A stretch of DNA of 64,000 nucleotides from Deltaproteobacteria bacterium (GTDB lineage Bacteria > Myxococcota_A > UBA9160 > SMWR01). The stretch covers positions 1 to 64,000 of the forward strand of contig JAQBHB010000022.1 of assembly GCA_032128115.1 (NCBI GenBank), given 5' to 3'. The notes below the pieces were generated by a model. That model saw only the letters and a program-made list of their open reading frames with translations, was not told the DNA's origin and did not search any database. The position numbers were made by a program, and so were the translations under genes. Positions within the stretch are counted from its first letter, which is position 1, and each line of letters starts with the position of its first letter. Shown one piece after another: positions 1-8,708 of the stretch.

Positions 1-1
1 G

Positions 2-475
2 CAGATCGTCCAGATGCGCGAGATGATTCGCGCGCTCCGGGGCAAGTACACAATCCTGCTCTCGACGCACATGCTCGCGGAGATCGAGCAGCACGACGTC
101 GTGATCGGGTCGCGCTACCTGAACGGCATCACGGTGGTCAACTGGCCCATCGAGCGGATCCTGATCAGCTACTTCGGCAACTGGTACGCCCGCAAGGTCA
201 CAGGGCTGCCGCTCACCGATACCACCGGCGGCTTTCGCTGCATGCGGCGCAGCCTGCTGGAAAAGCTTCGCCTCGACCGCATCCGGTCCAACGGCTACGC
301 CTTCCAGATCGAGATGAACTACCACTTCGTGCACCAGGGCGCGCGCATCCAGGAGATCCCGTTCTTCTTCCTGGACCGGACCCGAGGCACCTCGAAGCTC
401 ACTCCGCGGATCGGCCTGGAAGCCCTCTGGATGGTGTGGTGGCTCCGCATCGCGGACGCACTCGGCCGCATCTAG
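2..475 (+). CDS. Dpm1/Ppm1-like polyprenol-phosphate hexose synthase (GT2), C-terminal half; 5' part is chimeric with an ABC ATPase fragment; frame open at window start
   Basis: DVVIGSRY, NWPIERILISYFGNWYARK, DTTGGFRC, SNGYAFQIEM and EIPFFFLDRTRGTSKL are typical of the Dpm1-like C-terminal half. The first ~30 codons (QIVQMREMIRALRGKYTILLSTHMLAEIE) instead match an ABC ATPase H-loop region. Confidence 0.8.
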   Translation, partial: QIVQMREMIRALRGKYTILLSTHMLAEIEQHDVVIGSRYLNGITVVNWPIERILISYFGNWYARKVTGLPLTDTTGGFRCMRRSLLEKLRLDRIRSNGYAFQIEMNYHFVHQGARIQEIPFFFLDRTRGTSKLTPRIGLEALWMVWWLRIADALGRI

Positions 476-479
476 CTGC

Positions 480-1961
480 ATGACGCTGCGACCGCTCGGC
501 GGTCTCACCCTGGCCGGCCTGGGCGTGGCGGCGCTGGGCGTTGCGATCCGCGTGAGCAACGCCTTCGTGTATCCCACCACCACGGGCTTCGACGCCCGGG
601 CCAACTGGCGTTACGTGAACCGCCTCACCGGATCGTGGGCCCTGCCGGCGCCGGATGCGGACTGGTCCACGGCTCACCCTCCGCTCTTCTACTACGCGGC
701 CGCCGCCATCGCCCGCGCCCTGGGCACGCCCGACAAGGAGACCTCGGTGCTGGCGGTGCGACTGGTGGGGACGCTTCTGGGGCTCGGGATCGTTGCCCTG
801 GCCGTGGCCCTGGTGCGGCGGGCCGATCCAGAGCATCCAGTGCGCGCGCTGCTGGCCGGCGCGCTCCTGCTGTTCCTTCCGGTGCACATCTACATCAGCG
901 CCATGCTCCACGAGGAGATCTGGGCTGCGGCCTTCACGTCCGTCGCACTGGTGGGGGTGTGCTTCGACGTGATGCGCCCGTCGCCGCCCTCGCGCGCCCT
1001 GTGGCGCGCGGCCGGCTGGGGGCTGGCAGCAGGGCTCGCGCTGCTCACCAAGCTGACAGGGTTACTCACCCTTGCGACCGTGGCGGGGGCCTATGCCTGG
1101 GACGGTTGGCGGCGTCGTGAGCTGCGAATGGCGGGAGGTCGCATCGCCGTGGCGTTGGCGGTGGCGCTCGTGGTGGGCGGCTGGTACTACGCGCGCAACC
1201 AGATCCGCTACGGGTATCTCTATCCCTACGGGCTCGACACCCACAAGCTCATGTTCAGCCAGCCACCGGGCGAACGTCGGATTGGCGACTATCTGCGTTT
1301 CCCGTTCGAGACCTTTACGAATCCCTCGGCGATCTCGCCGAAGCTGCTGCGCTCGGTCTGGGGAACCACCTACGCGTCGGTGTGGTACGACGCCCATCGC
1401 CACTTCCTGCCCGGCGAGAGCACGCCGGTGAACCGGGTGGGCACGTGGATCCTGCTGCTGGCGCTGCTGCCCACGGCGGCGTTCCTGCGCGGCCTGGCCC
1501 GCGGTGGCTTGCGCGCCCTCGAGCAGCCGCGCGGCCCCGACCCGCCCCTGCTGCTGCTGACGGGCCTCACGCTGGTGGGCTACGTCGCCTTCAGCTGGCG
1601 CAACCCCTGGTACCCGGTGCTCAAGGGCAGCTTCCTGATGGGCCTCTCGCTGCCGTACGCGTTCTACGCCAGTGAGATCCTCAGCGGCTGGGCGGGCGCG
1701 TCGCGGCGCCGGGCGGTCTTCGTCTGGGGAGCGCTCGCGCTGCTATTCCTGACGGTGGCGCTGACCTTCACCCAGGGCGTGGTCTTCGAAAAGCTCGACA
1801 AGCCCGGCTTCCAGTGGAGCCGGCCCCAGGGCGTCGACCTCGACGTAGGCGTCGCGCCACCGCCCGGCCTCCATGGGGATGTCGAGTGCCCGGAAGCACT
1901 TCGGCGATCGCCCGTGCGATCCGCTGGTTCGCACGCAGGTTCGGGTGGGCCAGGTCGATGA
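480..1961 (+). CDS. GT-C fold membrane glycosyltransferase (GT39/ArnT/PMT-like)
   Basis: Multiple TM helices; acidic first loop (GFDA); HPPLFYY; GLALLTK; WYYARN. The last ~45 aa read through an antisense relic (see findings). Confidence 0.8.
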   Translation: MTLRPLGGLTLAGLGVAALGVAIRVSNAFVYPTTTGFDARANWRYVNRLTGSWALPAPDADWSTAHPPLFYYAAAAIARALGTPDKETSVLAVRLVGTLLGLGIVALAVALVRRADPEHPVRALLAGALLLFLPVHIYISAMLHEEIWAAAFTSVALVGVCFDVMRPSPPSRALWRAAGWGLAAGLALLTKLTGLLTLATVAGAYAWDGWRRRELRMAGGRIAVALAVALVVGGWYYARNQIRYGYLYPYGLDTHKLMFSQPPGERRIGDYLRFPFETFTNPSAISPKLLRSVWGTTYASVWYDAHRHFLPGESTPVNRVGTWILLLALLPTAAFLRGLARGGLRALEQPRGPDPPLLLLTGLTLVGYVAFSWRNPWYPVLKGSFLMGLSLPYAFYASEILSGWAGASRRRAVFVWGALALLFLTVALTFTQGVVFEKLDKPGFQWSRPQGVDLDVGVAPPPGLHGDVECPEALRRSPVRSAGSHAGSGGPGR

Positions 1962-1995
1962 AGTAGTTCGACTCGATGTTGCCGCGGGTGCTCTC
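1828..1995 (-). pseudogene. Frameshifted fragment of an SGNH/TPR paralog
   Basis: The minus strand reads ESTRGNIESNYFIDLAHPNLRANQRIARAIAEVL, then after one extra base RALDIPMEAGRWRDAYVEVDAL. This is colinear with ESPGGLVGNNLFVDFAHPDLGAQQRIARAIAQELKDQGIPAGRDRWRTGRYVESDP in the adjacent gene. Confidence 0.75.
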
Positions 1996-3574
1996 ACTCC
2001 TCGCCGCGCAGTGAGGCGGTGGGAGAGGCGACCGGCAGGTTGCGTCCCACCGTCAGCAGGTCCCGGGCGGCCGTCTCGTCCGGGTCCAGGGCCAGCGCCG
2101 CTTCGGCCTCGGCGATTGCGCAATGCCGTCGCCGCCCCAGCAGGCAGGCCACCGCCCGCGCCAGGTGCTCCCGTACGCGGAGTTCCGGGCTCTCGTCCAG
2201 GAGCTGGCGCGGATCGGATTCGACGTAGCGTCCGGTCCGCCAGCGATCGCGGCCGGCGGGGATCCCCTGGTCCTTCAGCTCCTGGGCGATGGCCCGGGCG
2301 ATCCGCTGCTGGGCGCCGAGATCGGGGTGGGCGAAGTCGACGAAGAGATTGTTCCCGACGAGGCCCCCGGGGCTCTCGCCAGCGAGGATCTCCTCCACGT
2401 CCACCAGCAGCGTGCCGTGCTCCGCCGCAAGCTCGCGAAGCACTTCGTTGTAGCGGGAGGGCGCGCCGTGGGGGATCCGGTCCAGATCGCTGGCCTGCAG
2501 GTAGTGGTGGCGCGCGCCTTCCAGTTGGCCGAGCGCGCGCTGGCAGTTTGCGACCTCGAAGTGGAGCTGTGCGAACTGATCGTCGATGCGCAGCGCGCGT
2601 GTCCATTCGGCGAGCGCGCCGGTGCAGTCGCCCGGGGCGAGCTCGCGGCCGCGCGCGACGTGCTCCTCCCATGCGGCCTGTTCGGCGGGGGAGAGGTCGA
2701 TCCGGTGGGACGAGGCGCCCGGTGGCCAGTCGGCCAGGTTCTGGGCGAGGGTCACCAGCATCACCTGGGCGCCAACCGCGTGCATGGCGAATATCATCTG
2801 CTCCAGGTTGTGTCGGTAGTGCTCCTCGCGATACAGCATCTCGCGCTCCGACACGGCTTCGCCTTCGAGCCTTCGGTTCGCGACCGCGAACATCTGCATG
2901 GCGTTGTCCACGTCGTCGAACCGGACGGGACTGGCTTCGGGCCCCGCGCCCACGCCCAGGGCGCGGGAGACGACGGCGTAGAGCCGGGTGGACGCCAGCC
3001 CCACGCGCAGGCGGAAAAGGATCGGATTCACCCCGATCAGGTGGCGGTAGAAGCGGGCCTCGCCCCACTCGTTGTGGCCCGAATAGATGATCAGGAGGTC
3101 GGGCTCGTAGTGGGCGAGCTCCCGGGTCACCGCCAGCAGGCGCCGGCTCGCATAGGCGGAGCGTGCGGCGTTGACCACCTCGATGGGAACGTCCGGGAGT
3201 TCGGCGTCGAAGCGCCTCTGCAGCCAACCCGAGAAGGCCAGGTCGAACGAGTACGGAACGCCTGCCGCCGAAGACCCCCCCACCACGAAGATGCGAAAGC
3301 TTCCCTCGGGCTTGTCCGCGAGAAACTCCTGGGGGGTGTTGAATCGCGGCGGATCCGCCGTGCGCAGGATCCGGATTCCGTCGGATCGCTCGGCGGCCTC
3401 GAACATGGGGACCAGGTTGGAGAAGCCCGCGAAGGGATCGTGATCCAGGGTCTCCCCCTGGCCGGTCGCCCAGAGGAGCAGTTCGAGTGCAAGCAGCACG
3501 CCCACGGCGGCGCCGATCGGACGGGTAAAGGCCAGCCAGCGAGACGTGAGGCGGCGGCGATGCGGGCGCGCCAT
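1994..3574 (-). CDS. SGNH/GDSL-family protein with TPR insertion, N-terminal membrane anchor
   Basis: RIFVVGGSSAAG (block I), VVNAA, IIYSGHNE (block III), FVDFAHP (DxxH) and TPR-like helices. Start placed at ATG 3574 (MARPHRRR) because the longer ORF-track start overlaps the SxtJ-like gene. Confidence 0.85.
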   Translation of the reverse strand: MARPHRRRLTSRWLAFTRPIGAAVGVLLALELLLWATGQGETLDHDPFAGFSNLVPMFEAAERSDGIRILRTADPPRFNTPQEFLADKPEGSFRIFVVGGSSAAGVPYSFDLAFSGWLQRRFDAELPDVPIEVVNAARSAYASRRLLAVTRELAHYEPDLLIIYSGHNEWGEARFYRHLIGVNPILFRLRVGLASTRLYAVVSRALGVGAGPEASPVRFDDVDNAMQMFAVANRRLEGEAVSEREMLYREEHYRHNLEQMIFAMHAVGAQVMLVTLAQNLADWPPGASSHRIDLSPAEQAAWEEHVARGRELAPGDCTGALAEWTRALRIDDQFAQLHFEVANCQRALGQLEGARHHYLQASDLDRIPHGAPSRYNEVLRELAAEHGTLLVDVEEILAGESPGGLVGNNLFVDFAHPDLGAQQRIARAIAQELKDQGIPAGRDRWRTGRYVESDPRQLLDESPELRVREHLARAVACLLGRRRHCAIAEAEAALALDPDETAARDLLTVGRNLPVASPTASLRGEE

Positions 3575-3664
3575 CCCACATTGATAGCCCGGAGCGGCTG
3601 CGTAATCACTGGATCTGAAAGGGATTTTTTCGTATAAGGGAGGGGCCGCGAGGTTCGCTCCCCC

Positions 3665-4081
3665 ATGTCCCTGCCCGAATCCCGAACAGTCCCCGACGAG
3701 CGCGACCTGCGCTGGTTCGGCGTCATCATCGCGGTCTTCTTCGGCCTGCTGGGCTCCGTCGCCTTCTGGGGGGTAGGGGCCGCGTCCGTGGCCAGCCGCC
3801 TCTGGGCCACCGGGCTCGGGCTCGCGGGCCTGTACTACGCGGTTCCCCCGCTGCAGTTGCCGCTCTACCGGGGCTGGATGGCGGCGGTCTGGCCCATTGG
3901 CTGGACGGTGACGCACGGGGTGCTGGCGTTGGTCTTCTACGGTCTGATCACGCCCATGGCTTTCGTGATGCGCATCTTCGGACGCGATCGCATGGGGCGA
4001 CGCCTGGACCGCTCCGTCGTGTCGTACTGGACCGCACACGATCCCGGCGGCGACACCCGGCGTTACTTCCGCCAGACCTGA
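3665..4081 (+). CDS. SxtJ-family membrane protein
   Basis: DLRWFG...PLYRGWM...IGWTVT..LALVFYGLITP...GRDRM...SYW...RQ pattern; overlaps the carbamoyltransferase start (TGATG). Confidence 0.8.
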   Translation: MSLPESRTVPDERDLRWFGVIIAVFFGLLGSVAFWGVGAASVASRLWATGLGLAGLYYAVPPLQLPLYRGWMAAVWPIGWTVTHGVLALVFYGLITPMAFVMRIFGRDRMGRRLDRSVVSYWTAHDPGGDTRRYFRQT

Positions 4082-6906
4082 TGACGGCGATTCTCGGGAT
4101 CTCGGCCTTCTACCACGACTCGGCGGCGGCGCTGGTGGTGGATGGCGAGATCGTTGCTGCCGTCCAGGAAGAGCGCCACACCCGCGTCAAGAACGACGAG
4201 AGTTTTCCCGTGCGGGCCATCCGCAGCTGCCTCGAGACGGCCCGTCTTGGGCCGGAAGATCTCGACTACGTGGGTTTCTACGACAAGCCGTATCTCAAGT
4301 TCGAGCGCCTGCTGGAGAGCTATCTCGCGTATGCCCCGCGCGGCTTCAAGTCGTTCGCGAAGGCCATGCCCGTGTGGTTGAACCAGAAGCTGTGGCTGCC
4401 CCGCGAGATGAGGAAGGGGCTCGACGGCCGCTACTCCGGCGCTTTCGTCTTCACCGAACACCACGAGTCCCACGCCGCCGGCGCCTTCTTTCCGTCCCCG
4501 TTCCAGGAGTCGGCCATCCTGACCATGGACGGCGTGGGCGAGTGGGCTACCGCCAGCTGGGGCGTGGGGCGCGGCAATCGCATCCAGCTCAGCCACGAGC
4601 TCCAGTTTCCGCATTCGCTGGGGCTCCTCTACACGGCCTTCACGTACTACACGGGCTTCAAGGTGAACTCGGACGAGTACAAGCTAATGGGGCTCGCGCC
4701 GTACGGAGAGCCGGTCTACGAGGACGTGATCCGCGAGAAGTTGCTGGATCTCAAGTCCGACGGCTCGTTCCGGCTGGATCTCTCGTATTTCGACTACGTG
4801 GCCGGCCTCACCATGATCAACGAGCGCTTTCACGACCTGTTCGGGGGGCCGCCCCGGGAGCCCGAGTCTGCGATCAGCCAGCGCGACATGGATGTGGCCG
4901 CCTCGATCCAGAAGGTGACCGAGGAAATCGTGCTGCGCGCGGGCCGCCACGTGCACGAACGGACCGGCATGAAGAACCTGTGCCTCTCGGGGGGCGTGGC
5001 CCTGAACTGCGTGGCCAACGGGCGCCTGCAGCGCGAGGGGCCCTTCGAGAACATCTGGGTGCAGCCGGCGGCGGGCGACGCGGGAAGTGCCCTGGGCGTG
5101 GCGCTTTTCGTCTGGCACCAGCTCCTGGACAAGCCGCGGAAGGCGGTGCCCGGTGACAGCCAGCGCGGATCGCTGCTGGGCATGGCGTACAGCGACGACG
5201 AGATCGAGTCGTTTCTCGCCACCACCGGGGCGAGCTACACCCGGATCGCCGACGACATGGATCTGACCGATCGGGTTGCTGGGTTCCTCGCCGACGGGCG
5301 CGTGGTGGGCTGGCACCAGGGGCGCATGGAGTTCGGCCCCCGGGCGCTGGGCGCGCGCTCGATCCTCGGCGACCCCCGCCGGCCCGACATGCAGAGCGTG
5401 ATCAACCGCAAGGTGAAGTTCCGCGAGGGCTTCCGCCCCTTCGCCCCGGCCGTGCTGCGCGAGCACGTGGACGAATGGTTCGCCACTGGCACGAGCCAGG
5501 ACAGCCCCTACATGCTGATGGTGTGTCCCGTCAAGGAGTCCCGCAGGCGCACGGATCCAGACACGGATCCGGCGGGCCTCGACAAGCTGCAGGTGGTGCG
5601 GTCCGAAATTCCGGCGGTGACCCACGTGGACTTCTCGGCGCGCATCCAGACCGTCGATCGCGAGCGACACGGTCTCTACCGCCTCCTGATCGAGGCCTTC
5701 CATCGCAAGACCGGCTGCCCGGTCGTGGTCAACACCAGCTTCAACCTGGGCTGGGAGCCCATCGTGAATACGCCCCAGGAGGCGTACGAAACCTTCATGT
5801 CGTCGGACATCGACATCCTGTGCATGGGGCACTTCGTCCTGGACAAGACCGAGCAGAAGTCGTGGCTGAAGGTCGAGGAACGGGAGCGCCCCGCAAAGCT
5901 GCTCGGCGATCTGCTGGCGAGCCCGTGCTGCGGCGCCGGAATGCGGTCGCAGGCCGCGAGCTTCGTGTGCGCGGACTGCGGGCACGCGTTTCTGGTGGAG
6001 GACGGTATCGCCCGGCTGTACTGGCCCCACGAGGCGATTTCGGATGCCTCCGACGTCACCGAGTCGGTCAAGGCGTTCTACGAGGAGACGCCGTTCCCGA
6101 ACTACCAGGACCACGAGTCGGTGCGTTCACTGATCGACAAGTCGCGGCGCGGCGGCTACGGCCACGATCTGCAGCGGGCGATTCCCTTCAACAGCGACGT
6201 GCTGGAGGTGGGCTGCGGCACGGGGCAGCTCACGAACTTCCTGGGCATCTCGGCGCGGCGCGTGATCGGCAGCGATCTGTGTCTCAATTCCCTGCGCCTG
6301 GGCGAGACGTTCCGCCGCGAGCACGCCCTCGACCGGGTGGGTTTCGTGCAGATGAACCTGTTCCGGCCGGCCTTCCGACGCGAGAGTTTCGACGTGGTGC
6401 TCTGCAACGGGGTGCTGCACCACACCGGCGATCCGTTTGGCGGCTTCCGGGGGCTGGTGCCCCTGGTGCGACCGGGCGGCTACCTGGTGATCGGTCTCTA
6501 CAATCGCTGGGGCCGTCTGATGACCGACCTGCGCCGCCAGATCTTCCGCGCCAGCGGGGGCCGCGCGCGCTGGCTCGATCCCTACCTGCGCGGAGGACGG
6601 CTCAGCCGCGACAAGGAGCGGGCCTGGTTCGCCGACCAGTACCGACACCCCCACGAGTCGAAGCACAGCATGGGCGAGGTGTTGCGTTGGTTCGACGAAA
6701 CCGGGGTCGAATTCGTGCGCGGCGTTCCCTCGCTCACACCCGCCGGAGAGCTCGATTCCGGCGGCTTGTTCGAGCCCGAATTGCGGGGCACGGCCTTCGA
6801 CCGCGGCCTGGTCCAGGCCGCGCAGATCTGGCGGGGCAACAAGGAGGGGGGCTTCTTTCTCCTGATCGGCCAAAAGAAAGCCGAAGATCTCCCGGCCACG
6901 GGATGA
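4081..6906 (+). CDS. NodU/CmcH/SxtI-family O-carbamoyltransferase fused to a Trm112-like zinc ribbon and a class I SAM methyltransferase
   Basis: ILGISAFYHDSAAAL, EHHESHAA, DGVGE, EYKLMGLAPYG, GGVALNC, EFGPRALG, KFREGFRPFAP, VNTSFN. Then PCCG..CADCG..DGI, followed by LEVGCGTG and NGVLHHTGDP. Confidence 0.92.
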   Translation: MTAILGISAFYHDSAAALVVDGEIVAAVQEERHTRVKNDESFPVRAIRSCLETARLGPEDLDYVGFYDKPYLKFERLLESYLAYAPRGFKSFAKAMPVWLNQKLWLPREMRKGLDGRYSGAFVFTEHHESHAAGAFFPSPFQESAILTMDGVGEWATASWGVGRGNRIQLSHELQFPHSLGLLYTAFTYYTGFKVNSDEYKLMGLAPYGEPVYEDVIREKLLDLKSDGSFRLDLSYFDYVAGLTMINERFHDLFGGPPREPESAISQRDMDVAASIQKVTEEIVLRAGRHVHERTGMKNLCLSGGVALNCVANGRLQREGPFENIWVQPAAGDAGSALGVALFVWHQLLDKPRKAVPGDSQRGSLLGMAYSDDEIESFLATTGASYTRIADDMDLTDRVAGFLADGRVVGWHQGRMEFGPRALGARSILGDPRRPDMQSVINRKVKFREGFRPFAPAVLREHVDEWFATGTSQDSPYMLMVCPVKESRRRTDPDTDPAGLDKLQVVRSEIPAVTHVDFSARIQTVDRERHGLYRLLIEAFHRKTGCPVVVNTSFNLGWEPIVNTPQEAYETFMSSDIDILCMGHFVLDKTEQKSWLKVEERERPAKLLGDLLASPCCGAGMRSQAASFVCADCGHAFLVEDGIARLYWPHEAISDASDVTESVKAFYEETPFPNYQDHESVRSLIDKSRRGGYGHDLQRAIPFNSDVLEVGCGTGQLTNFLGISARRVIGSDLCLNSLRLGETFRREHALDRVGFVQMNLFRPAFRRESFDVVLCNGVLHHTGDPFGGFRGLVPLVRPGGYLVIGLYNRWGRLMTDLRRQIFRASGGRARWLDPYLRGGRLSRDKERAWFADQYRHPHESKHSMGEVLRWFDETGVEFVRGVPSLTPAGELDSGGLFEPELRGTAFDRGLVQAAQIWRGNKEGGFFLLIGQKKAEDLPATG

Positions 6907-6921
6907 GATAATCTGGACAGC

Positions 6922-7143
6922 ATGGCAGGCGAAGCGAGCGGCAAGGGCCCGACGGGCGACTTCGAGAAGCAGGCCGAGCGGGCGGCGAAGGCTTCCTCGG
7001 GCCCGGTGGCCGAGTTCACCTATTTCCTGGGGCGCACCCGCAAGTACTGGCTCGTGCCGGTGATCGTGGCGCTTCTCGTGGCGAGCATGGTGGTCGTGGT
7101 GGGTGGCAGTGCCGTCGCGCCGCTGATCTACGCGCTGTTCTAG
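6922..7143 (+). CDS. DUF5989/SxtK-like small membrane protein
   Basis: RKYWLVP...GGSAVAPLIYALF C-terminus and position directly after the carbamoyltransferase. Confidence 0.8.
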   Translation: MAGEASGKGPTGDFEKQAERAAKASSGPVAEFTYFLGRTRKYWLVPVIVALLVASMVVVVGGSAVAPLIYALF

Positions 7144-7163
7144 GCCCGGGTGAGAGATCCCCT

Positions 7164-8708
7164 CTACTCGATGTAACCCAGCTCGCGGAGCAGCGAGCGC
7201 TCGCGCCCGGCGGGCAGCGGAGTTCGCGCCTCCGATTCGCTCAGCGCCTGCACCAGCCGCATCCGATAGGCCTCGAGGTGTTCGATCGCCGCCCGCTGCC
7301 GCGGATCCGTCGGATCGTAGAGGTTCATCGACTCGCCCGGGTCGCGGCCCAGGTCGTAGAGCGCGGGCTCGAAGCCCGCGTCCCCAAAACGTGTGAGCTT
7401 GTAGACGCGATCTCCGTCGCGCATCGACACCCAGATCCGGTCCGGGCTCCGGTCGGAGTGAAGGGCGTCGAGACGGGTTCCCCCGCGTTGCCGCGATCGC
7501 TTCAGCAGGATCTCCGGAACGAGCGCGGTGTGACTGAACGCCTGGAGCACCGGCACCGGTTCGTTTCCGCGCAGGGCGGGACCCAGATCGACTCCCGTGA
7601 CCCGATCGCTGGCCACGGGTACCCGCGCCAGTCCCGCCAGGGTGGGAAACAGGTCGATCGAGCGTGTCACGCCTTCGAAGCTGCCGGGCTCGAGCCCGGG
7701 AGCCGACAGGATCCATGGGACGCCCAGAACCTCCGGCGCCAGGGCGAATCCGTGGTTCCACTGGAATGGGGCGCCCTCGCGCCGGAGCACCTCGCCGTGG
7801 TCGGACGTGAACGCCACCGCACTCACGTCCTGCAATCCAGAGTTCTCGATGGCGTCGAGCACGTCGCCGAAGAGTCGATCGAGGCGGGCGACGTTCGCCT
7901 TGTACAGGCGCTCCGCGCTGCTGGCCAGGCGGCGCACGTCGTCGGGGGTGAGCCCGAGCTTCTCCCGCGTGTGCTCGAAGTTCCAAGAGAGATCCACGTA
8001 GTGATTCCAGAGGAGCTCCGCGCCCTGGTCGAATTCGTGTGCCGGAAGGTCCTCGCACTCGCCGGGATGCTCCTCGCAGAATTCGCCGAGCCAGGCCGCG
8101 GAATAGGGGGCGTGGGTCACGGTGAAGTTCGTGACCAGCAGCGCGCGCTTTTCCGGGTCGGCGTGCAGGCCCTCCAGGATCCGCTGCAGCCGGGGATCGT
8201 CCCCGCGCAGGAAGCCCTCGGGATGCGGGCGTCGGGGGTCTGGATAGCCGCGCCGCACCTCGATCTGGAAGACGTTGGCTTCGTCGACGCCCTGGGCGTA
8301 GTTCAGGGCGGGCGAGGCCATGGCGTGGTCGGCCCAGAAGTAGACGTCCCAGCCCGCGTTGGCGAAGGCCTCGGTGATGAGCGTGACCGAGTCGTCCATG
8401 CGAGTCGGGTGGGAGAAGATCCCGTGCCCGGTGGCGTCGCTGCCCGAGAGGATCGACGCGAAGGCCACACCCGAGAGTCCCGACTCGGTCTGGTGGCGGC
8501 GAAACACGGTGCCGCGTTTCGCGAACGCGTCCAGGTTCGGGGTGTACGAGACCGAGGAATCGTAGGGCGACAGGTAGTGCTTGTTCAGGGTGCACGTGGC
8601 ATACAGAACTACGAGCCGGGGGGTGGGCGCGGGCTTCGAGGAACCACACGCAAGCGAGGCGGCCGCGGCCAGGAGAAACCACCCGAGAAGCTGCGCCGGT
8701 GCGATCAC
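7164..8708 (-). CDS. Sulfatase-fold (alkaline phosphatase superfamily) lipoprotein with non-canonical active site
   Basis: Lipobox-like SLAC; TPNLDAFAKRG; TSDHGE; DLFPTL; LYDLGRDPGE; C-terminal LRELGY. GTG start at 8708 overlaps the upstream stop (GTGA). Confidence 0.85.
   Translation of the reverse strand: MIAPAQLLGWFLLAAAASLACGSSKPAPTPRLVVLYATCTLNKHYLSPYDSSVSYTPNLDAFAKRGTVFRRHQTESGLSGVAFASILSGSDATGHGIFSHPTRMDDSVTLITEAFANAGWDVYFWADHAMASPALNYAQGVDEANVFQIEVRRGYPDPRRPHPEGFLRGDDPRLQRILEGLHADPEKRALLVTNFTVTHAPYSAAWLGEFCEEHPGECEDLPAHEFDQGAELLWNHYVDLSWNFEHTREKLGLTPDDVRRLASSAERLYKANVARLDRLFGDVLDAIENSGLQDVSAVAFTSDHGEVLRREGAPFQWNHGFALAPEVLGVPWILSAPGLEPGSFEGVTRSIDLFPTLAGLARVPVASDRVTGVDLGPALRGNEPVPVLQAFSHTALVPEILLKRSRQRGGTRLDALHSDRSPDRIWVSMRDGDRVYKLTRFGDAGFEPALYDLGRDPGESMNLYDPTDPRQRAAIEHLEAYRMRLVQALSESEARTPLPAGRERSLLRELGYIE

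Noticed and set aside
3665..7143. Saxitoxin biosynthesis cluster
   Set aside because: Only sxtI/J/K-like and SGNH genes are present; there is no SxtA polyketide-like enzyme, amidinotransferase or other core sxt gene.
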